Shown here one piece after another: positions 1 through 9,029 of a stretch of DNA of 25,681 bases. The translations under genes were made by a program, and so were the position numbers. The stretch spans positions 1 through 25,681 of the IMG/VR virus record IMGVR_UViG_3300027887_000045. One strand, 5' to 3'. This DNA comes from a virus (Duplodnaviria; Caudoviricetes). Positions within the stretch are counted from its first letter, which is position 1, and each line of letters begins with the position of its first letter. A model generated the notes under the pieces. The model worked only from the letters and a program-made list of their open reading frames with translations. It ran no database searches and was not told the origin of the DNA.

Positions 1-1176
1 ACCAACAGCTCCCGGCCTGCCAACGTGACCGAAGTTTCCGGAGCCAGGGCCGCCTTTAAAAAACCGAGATAAACCTTTAACAGAATATTCTTTTATCCCA
101 TCAAACGTTGTTAAAGGACAAGCAAATGTTTGTTTAACAAAATCATCTTCTCTATTGTCAAAGAAAGATTTATTTTTTGGTTTATAATCTGTAGAAATCT
201 GTTCAAGTCCAATTGTTGTAATATATCTTGGGTCTCCCCACATAGGATCGTCAGGATTTGGTATTTCTTTTTGATCAACATGAGTTACTTTAAAAGTTCC
301 AAATGTAAGCATTTCTGATTGCTTCCAGTCCGAAATGTCTTTAACATCTAAAGCTTTACATCCTTTTTTTACTTCAAATAGAATACCACCATTTACAAAA
401 TACTTTGCCATTTCTGATTGTCCATCTGCAAGCCCAAGAGAAAAAGCTTGCGCTATTTCTTTATCTTTAGTAAAAGATGTAACACCAGCTGCATGTAAAG
501 TATCCCCAATTTTTGGAAGAGTTTTACCATCCCATCCAAATGCTATATCACCTGCCTTTTTAGCAAAATAGCTTTCTGGCACTCCTCTATATAGATATTG
601 CCCTATTGGTTCAGCATTCTCAATTGCTTCGTTTAATTTTGCTACAATTTCTCCCATCTTATCATCATTTACTAAAACATCAGAATCTTTTACTAATGAA
701 TTTGTTATTGATGATTTTGATTGCATTATCAACTTCATAGGCAATGATTTAGAAATAGCTTCTGCTTCTGGATCATTTTCCCCTCTTAATAAAGCACTAA
801 CTTTACGTACTGGTATAAAATATCCAGCAGTATACATAGCAATAGCATTAGCCGCCTTTCTAAAATTAGAATCGTTTTTATATTTTTCTCTAAGTTGTTT
901 CATATTTTTTTTATCATGAACAACTTTGTTATTTTTGCGTATTCCATTTGAAGGTCTTGCTGCTGCACTTCCTCCACCTTCCCCACTGCCACCTACCATT
1001 CCCGGCCTGCCTACGTGACCGAAGTTTCCGGAGCCAGGACCGCCTTTGGTTTCAATTTTCTTAATATCATCTATAAATCCAAAAGATTGATAATCATCAT
1101 CAAATGAAGAAATAAAAGTAGCATCATTAATAGAATCAGTTTCTTTAAAATCAATATCATATAATTTTTGTTTCAT
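1..1176 (-). CDS. Tagged ADP-ribosyltransferase (R-S-E clade, VIP2/C3-like) polyprotein; runs off the window edge
   Basis: Not in the ORF track; translated by hand, open from ATG 1174-1176 to base 1. Tag copy at 961-1047, then IAMYTAGY...LLRG, YLYRG (586-600), GVTSFT, and KQSEML (QxE at 313-321); a second tag copy begins at 57. Confidence 0.85.
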   Translation of the reverse strand, partial: MKQKLYDIDFKETDSINDATFISSFDDDYQSFGFIDDIKKIETKGGPGSGNFGHVGRPGMVGGSGEGGGSAAARPSNGIRKNNKVVHDKKNMKQLREKYKNDSNFRKAANAIAMYTAGYFIPVRKVSALLRGENDPEAEAISKSLPMKLIMQSKSSITNSLVKDSDVLVNDDKMGEIVAKLNEAIENAEPIGQYLYRGVPESYFAKKAGDIAFGWDGKTLPKIGDTLHAAGVTSFTKDKEIAQAFSLGLADGQSEMAKYFVNGGILFEVKKGCKALDVKDISDWKQSEMLTFGTFKVTHVDQKEIPNPDDPMWGDPRYITTIGLEQISTDYKPKNKSFFDNREDDFVKQTFACPLTTFDGIKEYSVKGLSRFFKGGPGSGNFGHVGRPGAVG

Positions 1177-1181
1177 AGAAT

Positions 1182-1763
1182 TTACCCTTCTAATATCCCA
1201 GGCTTAAATCCATAACGTCTGCCATATCGTCTGCCCCAATCATTAGCAACTGCTTCATCAAAAGGAGTTTGTTTAGTATCATGTCGTGTAGCAACATGTC
1301 CAAGTTCATGCAATAAAACTGTTGCAATACCACCTTTTGCATTACCTTTAAACATACCTGATTCTTTAATGCTATCAGGATAAATGACAACAGAATTATT
1401 TTTAAATGAATGCATGCCAAATGTAAGTGCATTAAAAGAATATTTACCAAAATAACCATTTATTACAGTGCGTGTTCTTTTTATTCCATGTTTCGCATGA
1501 ATAATAATTGGTTTATTACGATGAACTAATTGTGTAATAGCTTCTTTACTTAAATTAGATAAAATATGTTGTACTGTTTTGTCCACAAATGTGGATCCAG
1601 AATTTTTATATACAATCTTGCCATTAGCATATATATCACGTTTTCTAGGAGCTGCTGCACTACCTCCTCCTTCTCCAGATCCCCCAATCATTCCGGGCCT
1701 GCCAACGTGACCGAAGTTGCCGGATCCAGGACCGCCTTTATAATATATTTGAAGACCAATCAT
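1182..1763 (-). CDS. Tagged HExxH zinc metallopeptidase-like protein
   Basis: Likely start MIGLQIYYK (ATG 1761-1763, SD GAGGA) rather than track start 1829; tag then VLLHELGHV and downstream DEAVAND. Confidence 0.75.
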   Translation of the reverse strand: MIGLQIYYKGGPGSGNFGHVGRPGMIGGSGEGGGSAAAPRKRDIYANGKIVYKNSGSTFVDKTVQHILSNLSKEAITQLVHRNKPIIIHAKHGIKRTRTVINGYFGKYSFNALTFGMHSFKNNSVVIYPDSIKESGMFKGNAKGGIATVLLHELGHVATRHDTKQTPFDEAVANDWGRRYGRRYGFKPGILEG

Positions 1764-1764
1764 T

Positions 1765-1926
1765 TTATTCCTCGTCAAATTCTTTAGGATCAAAACCAAG
1801 AATATCAATAACATCCCATGGAGTTTCATCTAATAACTCATCATCAGGATCCATATCTTCAGTTTCCCCAAGCCCTTCATTTTCATCTTCGATTATTTCA
1901 TTGTAATATACTTTTGGTGACAACAT
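1765..1926 (-). CDS. Small highly acidic protein (53 aa) coupled to topoisomerase IB
   Basis: Hand-translated MLSPKVYYNEIIEDENEGLGETEDMDPDDELLDETPWDVIDILGFDPKEFDEE; TAATG overlap with the topoisomerase stop; below the track cut-off. Confidence 0.75.
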   Translation of the reverse strand: MLSPKVYYNEIIEDENEGLGETEDMDPDDELLDETPWDVIDILGFDPKEFDEE

Positions 1927-2882
1927 TAATTTACCCTCCATTCAAGAAAAATTGATGGATTTATATATGATTGTAAAGCCATTCCAGGGGTATTGCCAAG
2001 TTTTGATGCAACTGCAGTTGCTACAGCTTTAACTGTTTTTTTATATTCTTTCATTGTTGTTGGTTTTGGATATTTTTTCATTTCTTTAACTGCTTCATCT
2101 GTTCCAACATAAGTTCTAAAGTTTTTTGCAGTAAATTGTTTACCACCAAGTTGTTTTACATAACTATACAGTTGGCCATAACTTATAGAAAATAATTTTC
2201 CATTTTTGCCAGCTCTATTAGCCCTACTCAATAACATACTCTGTAATCTTTTGTCTGTAACTGGATGATTTTGCTCAACACCTTTTTTACCAACAAAAAC
2301 TAAAGATACACCATCTTTAGTTTTTATAACATGTCTGCCCTCAAGTGTAGTAGCTCCATAAGCTTTTTTTTCTGCTTTGGTATCTGCATTACTTCCAGGC
2401 CTTAATCCCATTTCAACTATTACCTTTTGACAATCAGCACAATCTCTTGTTTTAAGATCTTTTGATCTTCTATTTGCCTCATTTGCTTTGTAAACTATAT
2501 CAAAGTTGTCTTCAAGCCTGTCAAGGCCTTTCCATTTTTTTAACTCCCCCTTACCAACTGCTTCTTTTGTTCTTAAATATACTCCACGACCTTTTTCATC
2601 TCTGCCTCTAACAAGCAAATCACTTTTAGGATCTTCAGTATATTCTAACTCAGACCAAGAAGGTGGAATTCTATATTTATCAGTAATCCATTTTGGAATA
2701 TCATTTACACTTTTTGCTTCTGTTAAAGCATATTTCAAAGGTCTTGCTGCTGCACTTCCCCCACCTTCTCCACTACCTCCAATCATTCCCGGCCTGCCAA
2801 CGTGACCGAAGTTGCCGGATCCAGGACCGCCTTTGATTTCAATTTTATCTTCAATTTCTATATAGCATTCATTATCAAACAT
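1926..2882 (-). CDS. Tagged DNA topoisomerase IB (bacterial/poxvirus-like)
   Basis: RIPPSW, GRDEKGR, LRPGS, YGATTL, FVGKKG, KNFRTY, LGNTP, SYINP supply the R-K-R-N-Y catalytic set; likely start MFDNEC (SD GGAGG). Confidence 0.92.
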   Translation of the reverse strand: MFDNECYIEIEDKIEIKGGPGSGNFGHVGRPGMIGGSGEGGGSAAARPLKYALTEAKSVNDIPKWITDKYRIPPSWSELEYTEDPKSDLLVRGRDEKGRGVYLRTKEAVGKGELKKWKGLDRLEDNFDIVYKANEANRRSKDLKTRDCADCQKVIVEMGLRPGSNADTKAEKKAYGATTLEGRHVIKTKDGVSLVFVGKKGVEQNHPVTDKRLQSMLLSRANRAGKNGKLFSISYGQLYSYVKQLGGKQFTAKNFRTYVGTDEAVKEMKKYPKPTTMKEYKKTVKAVATAVASKLGNTPGMALQSYINPSIFLEWRVN

Positions 2883-2895
2883 TGCACATCCTCCA

Positions 2896-3132
2896 TTAAT
2901 ATACAGCATCAGGATCGAATTCTGGTTCTTCATCCATTTCAATTATATTAGCATATGGAAAATTCTTTTTAACAATATTGATAGCATCTTTTGCTGGAAA
3001 TGGATTTGATGGGCCAGATATTACTGGATCCATAAAATAGTTAAGTTCTTTTTCAAAATACTTATCTTTTGAAATCCACTTATTATTATTCCAAATAGCT
3101 ATTGACCCACCTTCTTCTATTCTTGTAGTCAT
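2896..3132 (-). CDS. Small untagged hypothetical protein, acidic C-terminus; possible partner of the upstream peptidase
   Basis: 78-aa ORF directly after the 3139-4509 gene, SD GAGG. Confidence 0.65.
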   Translation of the reverse strand: MTTRIEEGGSIAIWNNNKWISKDKYFEKELNYFMDPVISGPSNPFPAKDAINIVKKNFPYANIIEMDEEPEFDPDAVY

Positions 3133-3138
3133 AAAGCC

Positions 3139-4509
3139 TCATTTCTTAGTATTATATTTGCCTTTAATTATGTCAACTATTAAATCAAAATGTTCTGGAT
3201 CTCTATTAAGAAAATCAACTGGGCTTCTCATTAACTTTTCTAATCCCATAGATAAAATTTCATTTGAATTGTCTTTATAAATTTTACCAACATACGAACT
3301 AAAAAATTTATCTTTTTTAGTTATTTCATCGTCATCATAAGAAGAATTAAAAGCAAGATCTTTTAATTTTACTGTTTGTTCACCTTCAGTTCTTCTATTT
3401 CTAAAATCGATACATGCGTTTTGTACATTTAAATTATTCTCATCAATATGATGGCCAAACTCATGAATCAATGTATCTCTATCTTTTGGTGTATGTATTA
3501 TTTTAAAATCCTCATCATAATTTCCTCTATAGTTTGGTTTTTCTAAATTGATAGTAACAAGGCCATCACTAACAACACTTTTATTGATTATGCTATTTGC
3601 ATTTGCTAAAACCTTTTCACACCATTGTTTTTGACTTGGTGACACTTTATAAAACATATTGACATATAAATCTGCTTGATCTTCACTTGGTTGTGCTAAA
3701 AGATCAGATATAATTACATGTCTTTCATCTAATAATTTACTTCTTTCGCTTTCAATATCGTCAAATTTATTAATAAGTTTTTGATATTCAGGATTGCTAG
3801 TAAGCTTTTCTCTCCAATATGGATCATTTCTATATTTACCTAACTTTCTTTCTTCTTCTTTTTTTCTAGCTACTTCGCCAAAAACTAATAATTCTCGATT
3901 GACAAGATCTTCAAATTTTTTATCAATTGTTTTGTTCATTTCTAATATTTTTGCTCTTACTTCTGATGCTGGAATATCTAATGAAATCATTGAGCCAATT
4001 TTTTCAGATTGCAAAGTAGGATCTGGTTTAAGATCTTGTAGTCTAACTGGTCTAATTCGTCTACGACCTAAAGGTCTTGCTGCTGCACTCCCTCCACCTT
4101 CTCCACTACCGCCTACAACTCCCAGCCTGCCAACGTGACCGAAGTTTCCGGAACCAGGACCGCCTTTGGCAAAGGATTTCATTTTATTTGAAAGAGTTTT
4201 TAATACTGCATCTTTTTGATCTTGGAAATAACTATAAATAAATTTTGCAAAGTCTTTTTCTTTTTTACTTGTTAAAGTTTTAAAATATACTTCCCATTCT
4301 GCTTTATTTAATATTGATTTAATAACAACTGATTCAACATTATAAAGACTTTTGATGCGTTTTAAATCCTCAAATTTCTTAGCTTTTTCATACCAATAAT
4401 CATATTTAGGATCAGTTTTAGTAATAGGAACCATACCATCACCAATAATATTTTTACCATTTGCTATCATTGGTATATATAAAACATCATTATAAATAAC
4501 TGATCTCAT
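3139..4509 (-). CDS. Multidomain tagged protein with C-terminal HExxH metallopeptidase
   Basis: Likely start MRSVIY (ATGA overlap at 4506-4509); internal tag at 4081-4167; LIHEFGHHI and EILSMGLE zincin motifs. Confidence 0.8.
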   Translation of the reverse strand: MRSVIYNDVLYIPMIANGKNIIGDGMVPITKTDPKYDYWYEKAKKFEDLKRIKSLYNVESVVIKSILNKAEWEVYFKTLTSKKEKDFAKFIYSYFQDQKDAVLKTLSNKMKSFAKGGPGSGNFGHVGRLGVVGGSGEGGGSAAARPLGRRRIRPVRLQDLKPDPTLQSEKIGSMISLDIPASEVRAKILEMNKTIDKKFEDLVNRELLVFGEVARKKEEERKLGKYRNDPYWREKLTSNPEYQKLINKFDDIESERSKLLDERHVIISDLLAQPSEDQADLYVNMFYKVSPSQKQWCEKVLANANSIINKSVVSDGLVTINLEKPNYRGNYDEDFKIIHTPKDRDTLIHEFGHHIDENNLNVQNACIDFRNRRTEGEQTVKLKDLAFNSSYDDDEITKKDKFFSSYVGKIYKDNSNEILSMGLEKLMRSPVDFLNRDPEHFDLIVDIIKGKYNTKK

Positions 4510-5861
4510 CTTTTCAATCCCCATTTTTTTATAAGTTTATTTGCTTCTTTTGCAAATTTTTTATCACTAAATGAATCGCCATCAGCTAAAACTTCTCCAT
4601 ATTCTGCTATATGTGCCATCATCTCAGCAAACATCTCTTGGGTCCCTACTGAATTTCCAGGTTTGCCTTGTTGAAAATAGTAGTCAAATGTATTTGAATA
4701 TCTTTTGTGAAGATCTACTAATTGTTTTCTTCTTTCCGGAGTTTTATTTATTATTTCATCTTGAATAGCATGTCCAAGTTCATGGCCAGCTACAGAAGCA
4801 CTTCCCCCTAACATATTACCAATAGACAATACATTTTTTAAATCATTATAACAACCACCACAATCATCCCATGTCATATTTGGCGGCCAACCCCTTGGAT
4901 TTTTGCCTTTAAGATAGCCATTGTCATCAAGTTCTACTATAGAATTGTCACCCATATAAATATTAACATTTCTATCTTTAAGCTTTTGAAGTATTTCATC
5001 TGAAAATTTATCTAAATAAGAAAGATTTTTTTCTATTGTTTTTTTATTTTTACCTTGAATGTGTAATTGATTGCCAAAGATTTTATATGCATCATGTGTT
5101 GATTTTAATTTATCGGTATATTCATCAATAAATACATCTTCGGCTGTAAACTCAATTGGTTTTTTAGGTTTTGCCCCAGCACTGCCTCCACCTTCTCCAC
5201 TGCCTCCAACAACTCCCGGCCTGCCAACGTGACCGAAGTTTCCGGAGCCAGGGCCGCCTTTGATAAAGATTTTTGAAAGAGATTTAAAATGAAGATTTTT
5301 TTTATAAAATACAACTACCTCCATCCCTGCGGGAGGAGCTGGATTAGTATATATAATTCCATCATAACCTCTTTTGACTGCTTCTTTCATAACTTTTTTA
5401 TCAAATGCTCGTCCTCCTAAAACTGACGATCTTAACCTCTGCCCCAGTGAGTCAATCATATCACCATAAGATTTATTCCAAAATAATTTTGAAACAGAGT
5501 TTTGATGTCCAGCAATAAGAGCTTTATTTAAATTGATTTCATATTTTTGAACTGCATGTCCAGGATGTATAGAAGCATAAGCCAATGCACCTTTATAATC
5601 TGCAGAAAAAAAGATTCCTCTATTTGATTCTTCTTTACCTATCCTATAAGCTTCTAATTTAAGATTTGTTTTATCAAATGGAGTATTATCTCCTCTATCA
5701 TCGAATTCTTTTTTAAGTGATTTAAAAGAAGTTGTTATTTTTTCAGGAGCAGCTGCACTTCCCCCACCTTCTCCACTACCTCCAATCATTCCGGGTCTGC
5801 CAACGTGACCGAAGTTTCCGGAACCAGGACCGCCTTTGATATATGTTTGAAGACCAATCAT
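4506..5861 (-). CDS. Two-tag polyprotein: ADP-ribosyltransferase-like domain plus anthrax-lethal-factor/PPEP-like zinc peptidase
   Basis: Tags at 5751-5837 and 5175-5261. Domain 1: AYR..GIFFS..A.AY..GYDGIIY..EVVVF (ART-PolyVal-like pattern). Domain 2: PRGW..TWDD..HELGHAI..QEMFAE. Confidence 0.8.
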   Translation of the reverse strand: MIGLQTYIKGGPGSGNFGHVGRPGMIGGSGEGGGSAAAPEKITTSFKSLKKEFDDRGDNTPFDKTNLKLEAYRIGKEESNRGIFFSADYKGALAYASIHPGHAVQKYEINLNKALIAGHQNSVSKLFWNKSYGDMIDSLGQRLRSSVLGGRAFDKKVMKEAVKRGYDGIIYTNPAPPAGMEVVVFYKKNLHFKSLSKIFIKGGPGSGNFGHVGRPGVVGGSGEGGGSAGAKPKKPIEFTAEDVFIDEYTDKLKSTHDAYKIFGNQLHIQGKNKKTIEKNLSYLDKFSDEILQKLKDRNVNIYMGDNSIVELDDNGYLKGKNPRGWPPNMTWDDCGGCYNDLKNVLSIGNMLGGSASVAGHELGHAIQDEIINKTPERRKQLVDLHKRYSNTFDYYFQQGKPGNSVGTQEMFAEMMAHIAEYGEVLADGDSFSDKKFAKEANKLIKKWGLKR

Positions 5862-6073
5862 TTAGATGTCTCCTGTTCAAACACAAAATTTCCAATTTGA
5901 CCATCTATAACTTTATTATGAAGATCTTTTCCATAAGCTATAATTTCTGGAATACCTTCTGGAAAAGCTTTGCATACAACTTTACCTGATCTGCCATTCT
6001 TTGTAAGAATGAATCCATTAAAATATTTGCATTTCCTATCATTCAAATAGCAACGTGGTGGCATTATTTGCAT
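5858..6073 (-). CDS. Small Cys-rich protein of the CxAFPxGIP type
   Basis: C..CKYF...CKAFPEGIPEII..G..H pattern; ATGA overlap with next gene. Confidence 0.7.
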   Translation of the reverse strand: MQIMPPRCYLNDRKCKYFNGFILTKNGRSGKVVCKAFPEGIPEIIAYGKDLHNKVIDGQIGNFVFEQETSK

Positions 6074-6075
6074 AT

Positions 6076-6282
6076 CTATTTCCCTTTCTGTTTTTCACCA
6101 ATCATAAAACCAATAGAAGTTTGTTTTATGATCAAATGGTCGTAGCCTCTTTTTTTATTAGCTTGTATAGCACGTTCTTGTGCTAAAGCTTCTCCTCTTG
6201 TATTGTGTGTACCTAAAAGTTTTTTACCATCAGCACTCCACAATTCCCATTTATTACCATTTCTCTTAATCATAATTTTCAC
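6076..6282 (-). CDS. Small basic phage protein (KKLLGTH.T..EA.AQ.RAI motif)
   Basis: 68-aa ORF closely packed between neighbours; ends in TSIGFMIG, similar to the array leader motif. Confidence 0.7.
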   Translation of the reverse strand: MKIMIKRNGNKWELWSADGKKLLGTHNTRGEALAQERAIQANKKRGYDHLIIKQTSIGFMIGEKQKGK

Positions 6283-6283
6283 C

Positions 6284-6880
6284 TTATTTGTATTGTCTTT
6301 CTAATTTTTTAGATATATCTTTAAAAACTTGTATACCTTTGTTGATCTTAAATTTAATATCGTTTTTTACTTCTTTCAAATCATTTTTCGAAAAATCTTT
6401 TGGAAGCATGCATCGATAACGATAATAACTTTTATAATTTTCAATAGGTCCTTCTTGAGTATAATGATATGTTTCACCAAAAGAGCCTACTGATATATCT
6501 ATTTCCCAATGTTCAGAATCTGGTATGATGTTTGATGAAATATCTGTATCATATCTTTTTCCCCTATATGCATTCAAAGAAATCCATATAGGCAATCTAC
6601 CACTTGTGATTGCTTTTTGCATAATATTCTGTTCACAACAATTATATTTTATTTTAAGCTCTTTGCTTATAGAAGAAAGCATATTATCTACTGCGGAATT
6701 CTTTAAATCAACATCAGTCAAAATTGTGCTATTCAACAATTTAACAACATTATTTTCTGTTTTGTTACTACTACTTCCACCAACAAATCCAGGTCTTCCA
6801 AAATGGCCAAAATTCCCAGAGCCGCTTTTTTGAATACCACCAACTAAATAACCAGTAGATTCTTTCAATTTAAATTTCAT
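6284..6880 (-). CDS. Tagged hypothetical protein (degenerate tag)
   Basis: ESTGYLVGG leader plus KSGSGNFGHFGRPGFVGGSS; cargo unrecognised. Confidence 0.75.
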   Translation of the reverse strand: MKFKLKESTGYLVGGIQKSGSGNFGHFGRPGFVGGSSSNKTENNVVKLLNSTILTDVDLKNSAVDNMLSSISKELKIKYNCCEQNIMQKAITSGRLPIWISLNAYRGKRYDTDISSNIIPDSEHWEIDISVGSFGETYHYTQEGPIENYKSYYRYRCMLPKDFSKNDLKEVKNDIKFKINKGIQVFKDISKKLERQYK

Positions 6881-6885
6881 ATAAT

Positions 6886-7401
6886 CTAACCGCCTCTACT
6901 TTGTTTATATTGCCATTTGTGATCAATTCCAAATTTTTTAAAAAGAAAGTTTCTTTCTTTTTCTCTTCTTTCCATTCCTTGAAACAATTTGCTATTTTCA
7001 TCAGAAGCAAACCTATCATCTTTATTGTAAAAATCTATGCGAACACTTCCATTTACTCCACTTCCACGACGCATTCCTGGATTATATGCGGAATCTACAA
7101 CATAAATTTTACTTTTTTTAGGTGAAACATATTCTGTTATATCAGATCCATAACCATATTGACCTTTGCTATTGTCTATTTCTTTGCCTTTAAACTTACC
7201 AAATTCTTGATGTTTGCCTTTATTTTTGAGACTAAATATTAGTTCAGGTTCAGGTATCTTATTAGAAGGTTTAGTCCCAGCACTCCCCCCACCTTCTCCA
7301 CTGCCTCCAACAACTCCCGGCCTGCCAACGTGACCGAAGTTTCCGGAACCAGGACCGCCTTTGATTATAGTTCCTATTAAATAGCCAGTTGAATCTGTCA
7401 T
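6886..7401 (-). CDS. Tagged hypothetical protein, basic cargo
   Basis: MTDSTGYLIGTIIK leader plus full tag; ATGA overlap upstream. Confidence 0.8.
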   Translation of the reverse strand: MTDSTGYLIGTIIKGGPGSGNFGHVGRPGVVGGSGEGGGSAGTKPSNKIPEPELIFSLKNKGKHQEFGKFKGKEIDNSKGQYGYGSDITEYVSPKKSKIYVVDSAYNPGMRRGSGVNGSVRIDFYNKDDRFASDENSKLFQGMERREKERNFLFKKFGIDHKWQYKQSRGG

Positions 7402-7991
7402 GATTTATCTTTCCAATCCATCATGTCCCCTAGATTCTCGTTTACCCTATTAGTTATATCAGCTTTAAGGTTTCTCCAAACAGATGAAATAACTTTTGAT
7501 AATTGTATTTCTGTATCTAATGAAAGTGAATCCCTATCTTTCAAATTAATACCAATTTTTCTTGTACAATAATCTGTAATTAAATCTTCCACACCTTCTG
7601 GATAATCTTCTAGTGAATCATTAACAAATGATTGTGTAACTTTTTTAAGTCCATCATCAACAGCAAATTCTTCGATTTTTTTAACACCATTTTTAAATGC
7701 TTCTTTCATATCTTTATCATCTTTATAATCTGAAAAGTCAATAGTTTGTTTCTTCCCATTAAGAGTAACATTGACAGTTGTTTTTGGTTTTGCTGCTGGT
7801 TTTGTAGCTGCACCTCCACTTCCTCCTCCTTCTCCACTGCCTCCAACAACTCCCGGCCTGCCAACGTGACCGAAGTTTCCGGAACCAGGACCGCCTTTAA
7901 AAATATTACTTGTTAAAAATCCTATAGAGCTTGCATCTTTCTTTTGCCCGCTTATAAAACCAGTTGCTTCTACAAATCTTAATTTTTCCAT
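7398..7991 (-). CDS. Tagged hypothetical protein
   Basis: SD GGAGGT; doubled leader (ATGFISG, SIGFLTS) plus full tag. Confidence 0.8.
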   Translation of the reverse strand: MEKLRFVEATGFISGQKKDASSIGFLTSNIFKGGPGSGNFGHVGRPGVVGGSGEGGGSGGAATKPAAKPKTTVNVTLNGKKQTIDFSDYKDDKDMKEAFKNGVKKIEEFAVDDGLKKVTQSFVNDSLEDYPEGVEDLITDYCTRKIGINLKDRDSLSLDTEIQLSKVISSVWRNLKADITNRVNENLGDMMDWKDKS

Positions 7992-8034
7992 ATTAAACCT
8001 CCACTTTTATAAACTTAATTTATAACTACAAAGA

Positions 8035-8115
8035 TTATTTTTTAGATCTATCAATTTGAAACACGCCTTCAAAAAACTTGCACTTTTTGGTATAACATTT
8101 AGGTGTAGCTAACAT
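8035..8115 (-). pseudogene. Truncated paralog of the CxAFPxGIP protein (26 aa)
   Basis: MLATPKCYTKKCKFFEGVFQIDRSKK resembles MQIMPPRCYLNDRKCKYFNGF of 5858-6073 but stops before the CKAFP motif. Confidence 0.55.
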
Positions 8116-8116
8116 A

Positions 8117-9016
8117 TCAATTTTCTCCAAATGGCAACTGGTCACATACAAATCCAGCAGCCTGAAAGTGGCCACCACCACCATATTTTTTAGCGATAGC
8201 TCCTACATCTATAGATTTAGAATACATTGAAACAGACCATCTTTTTCCGTCAAATACAAACGGCATAAGTATTTCATAGTCTTCTCCAACTGAACTGAAA
8301 AAATCAGAGTTAGCAAGTCCTACATTAGCTGCTACGCATTTGTACCCTTCAAACTGAGTTTCAAATGACCAAGACTTTAAGAAATTTTCAGCAAACTTGT
8401 TTCTATACTGAACTACAGTTTCTCCTCTAGAAGCAACTTCATTTATAAATTCTGGATTTATAAGGCACTGAAACCAAAAGTCAGATTTGGGCAGGTGATC
8501 GTACAATTCACAGCCATTTTTAAATCGTTTAGTTTTTGGTTCAAATTCAAATTTCCATTCATCCCAATCTGATACTAACTGAACATATTCAGGAATATCG
8601 ACTTCTTCTTTAGATATTATAATTCCACCTTCAGGCTTAAACTCTTTCCCCCTGTCAGTCCATAAGTGCAGATACTTATATGTAAGCATAGCACCTGAAC
8701 CTTCTCCTGAAATTCTTACTCCTTTGATCTCAGCTGGAAAATCTGCATATTTTTCAATAGACGTTTTGTGATGATCTATCCAAACTACATTAGGCGTAAT
8801 TTCCAGCAATGCTTTCATTTCCCCAACTGATATAGAATAGTCAACTATCCAGACTGATTCATCTTTCTGTACAACTTCAATCGGAAATCTTTTGTTGTAG
8901 TTCATTTCTATAAACTGGCTTCCAACTTCAAAATCTTTTTCAGAAAGAGTTGCCCATGTATATACACAATGTGCTGAACATCTTCCGTCTAAATCATTAT
9001 GATAAAAGCACTTCAT
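8117..9016 (-). CDS. DHH/DHHA1-family phosphoesterase
   Basis: YHNDLDG, IVDYS, WIDHH, SDWD and C-terminal GGGGH..AAGF motifs. Confidence 0.9.
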   Translation of the reverse strand: MKCFYHNDLDGRCSAHCVYTWATLSEKDFEVGSQFIEMNYNKRFPIEVVQKDESVWIVDYSISVGEMKALLEITPNVVWIDHHKTSIEKYADFPAEIKGVRISGEGSGAMLTYKYLHLWTDRGKEFKPEGGIIISKEEVDIPEYVQLVSDWDEWKFEFEPKTKRFKNGCELYDHLPKSDFWFQCLINPEFINEVASRGETVVQYRNKFAENFLKSWSFETQFEGYKCVAANVGLANSDFFSSVGEDYEILMPFVFDGKRWSVSMYSKSIDVGAIAKKYGGGGHFQAAGFVCDQLPFGEN

Positions 9017-9029
9017 GATTTCTCCAATT

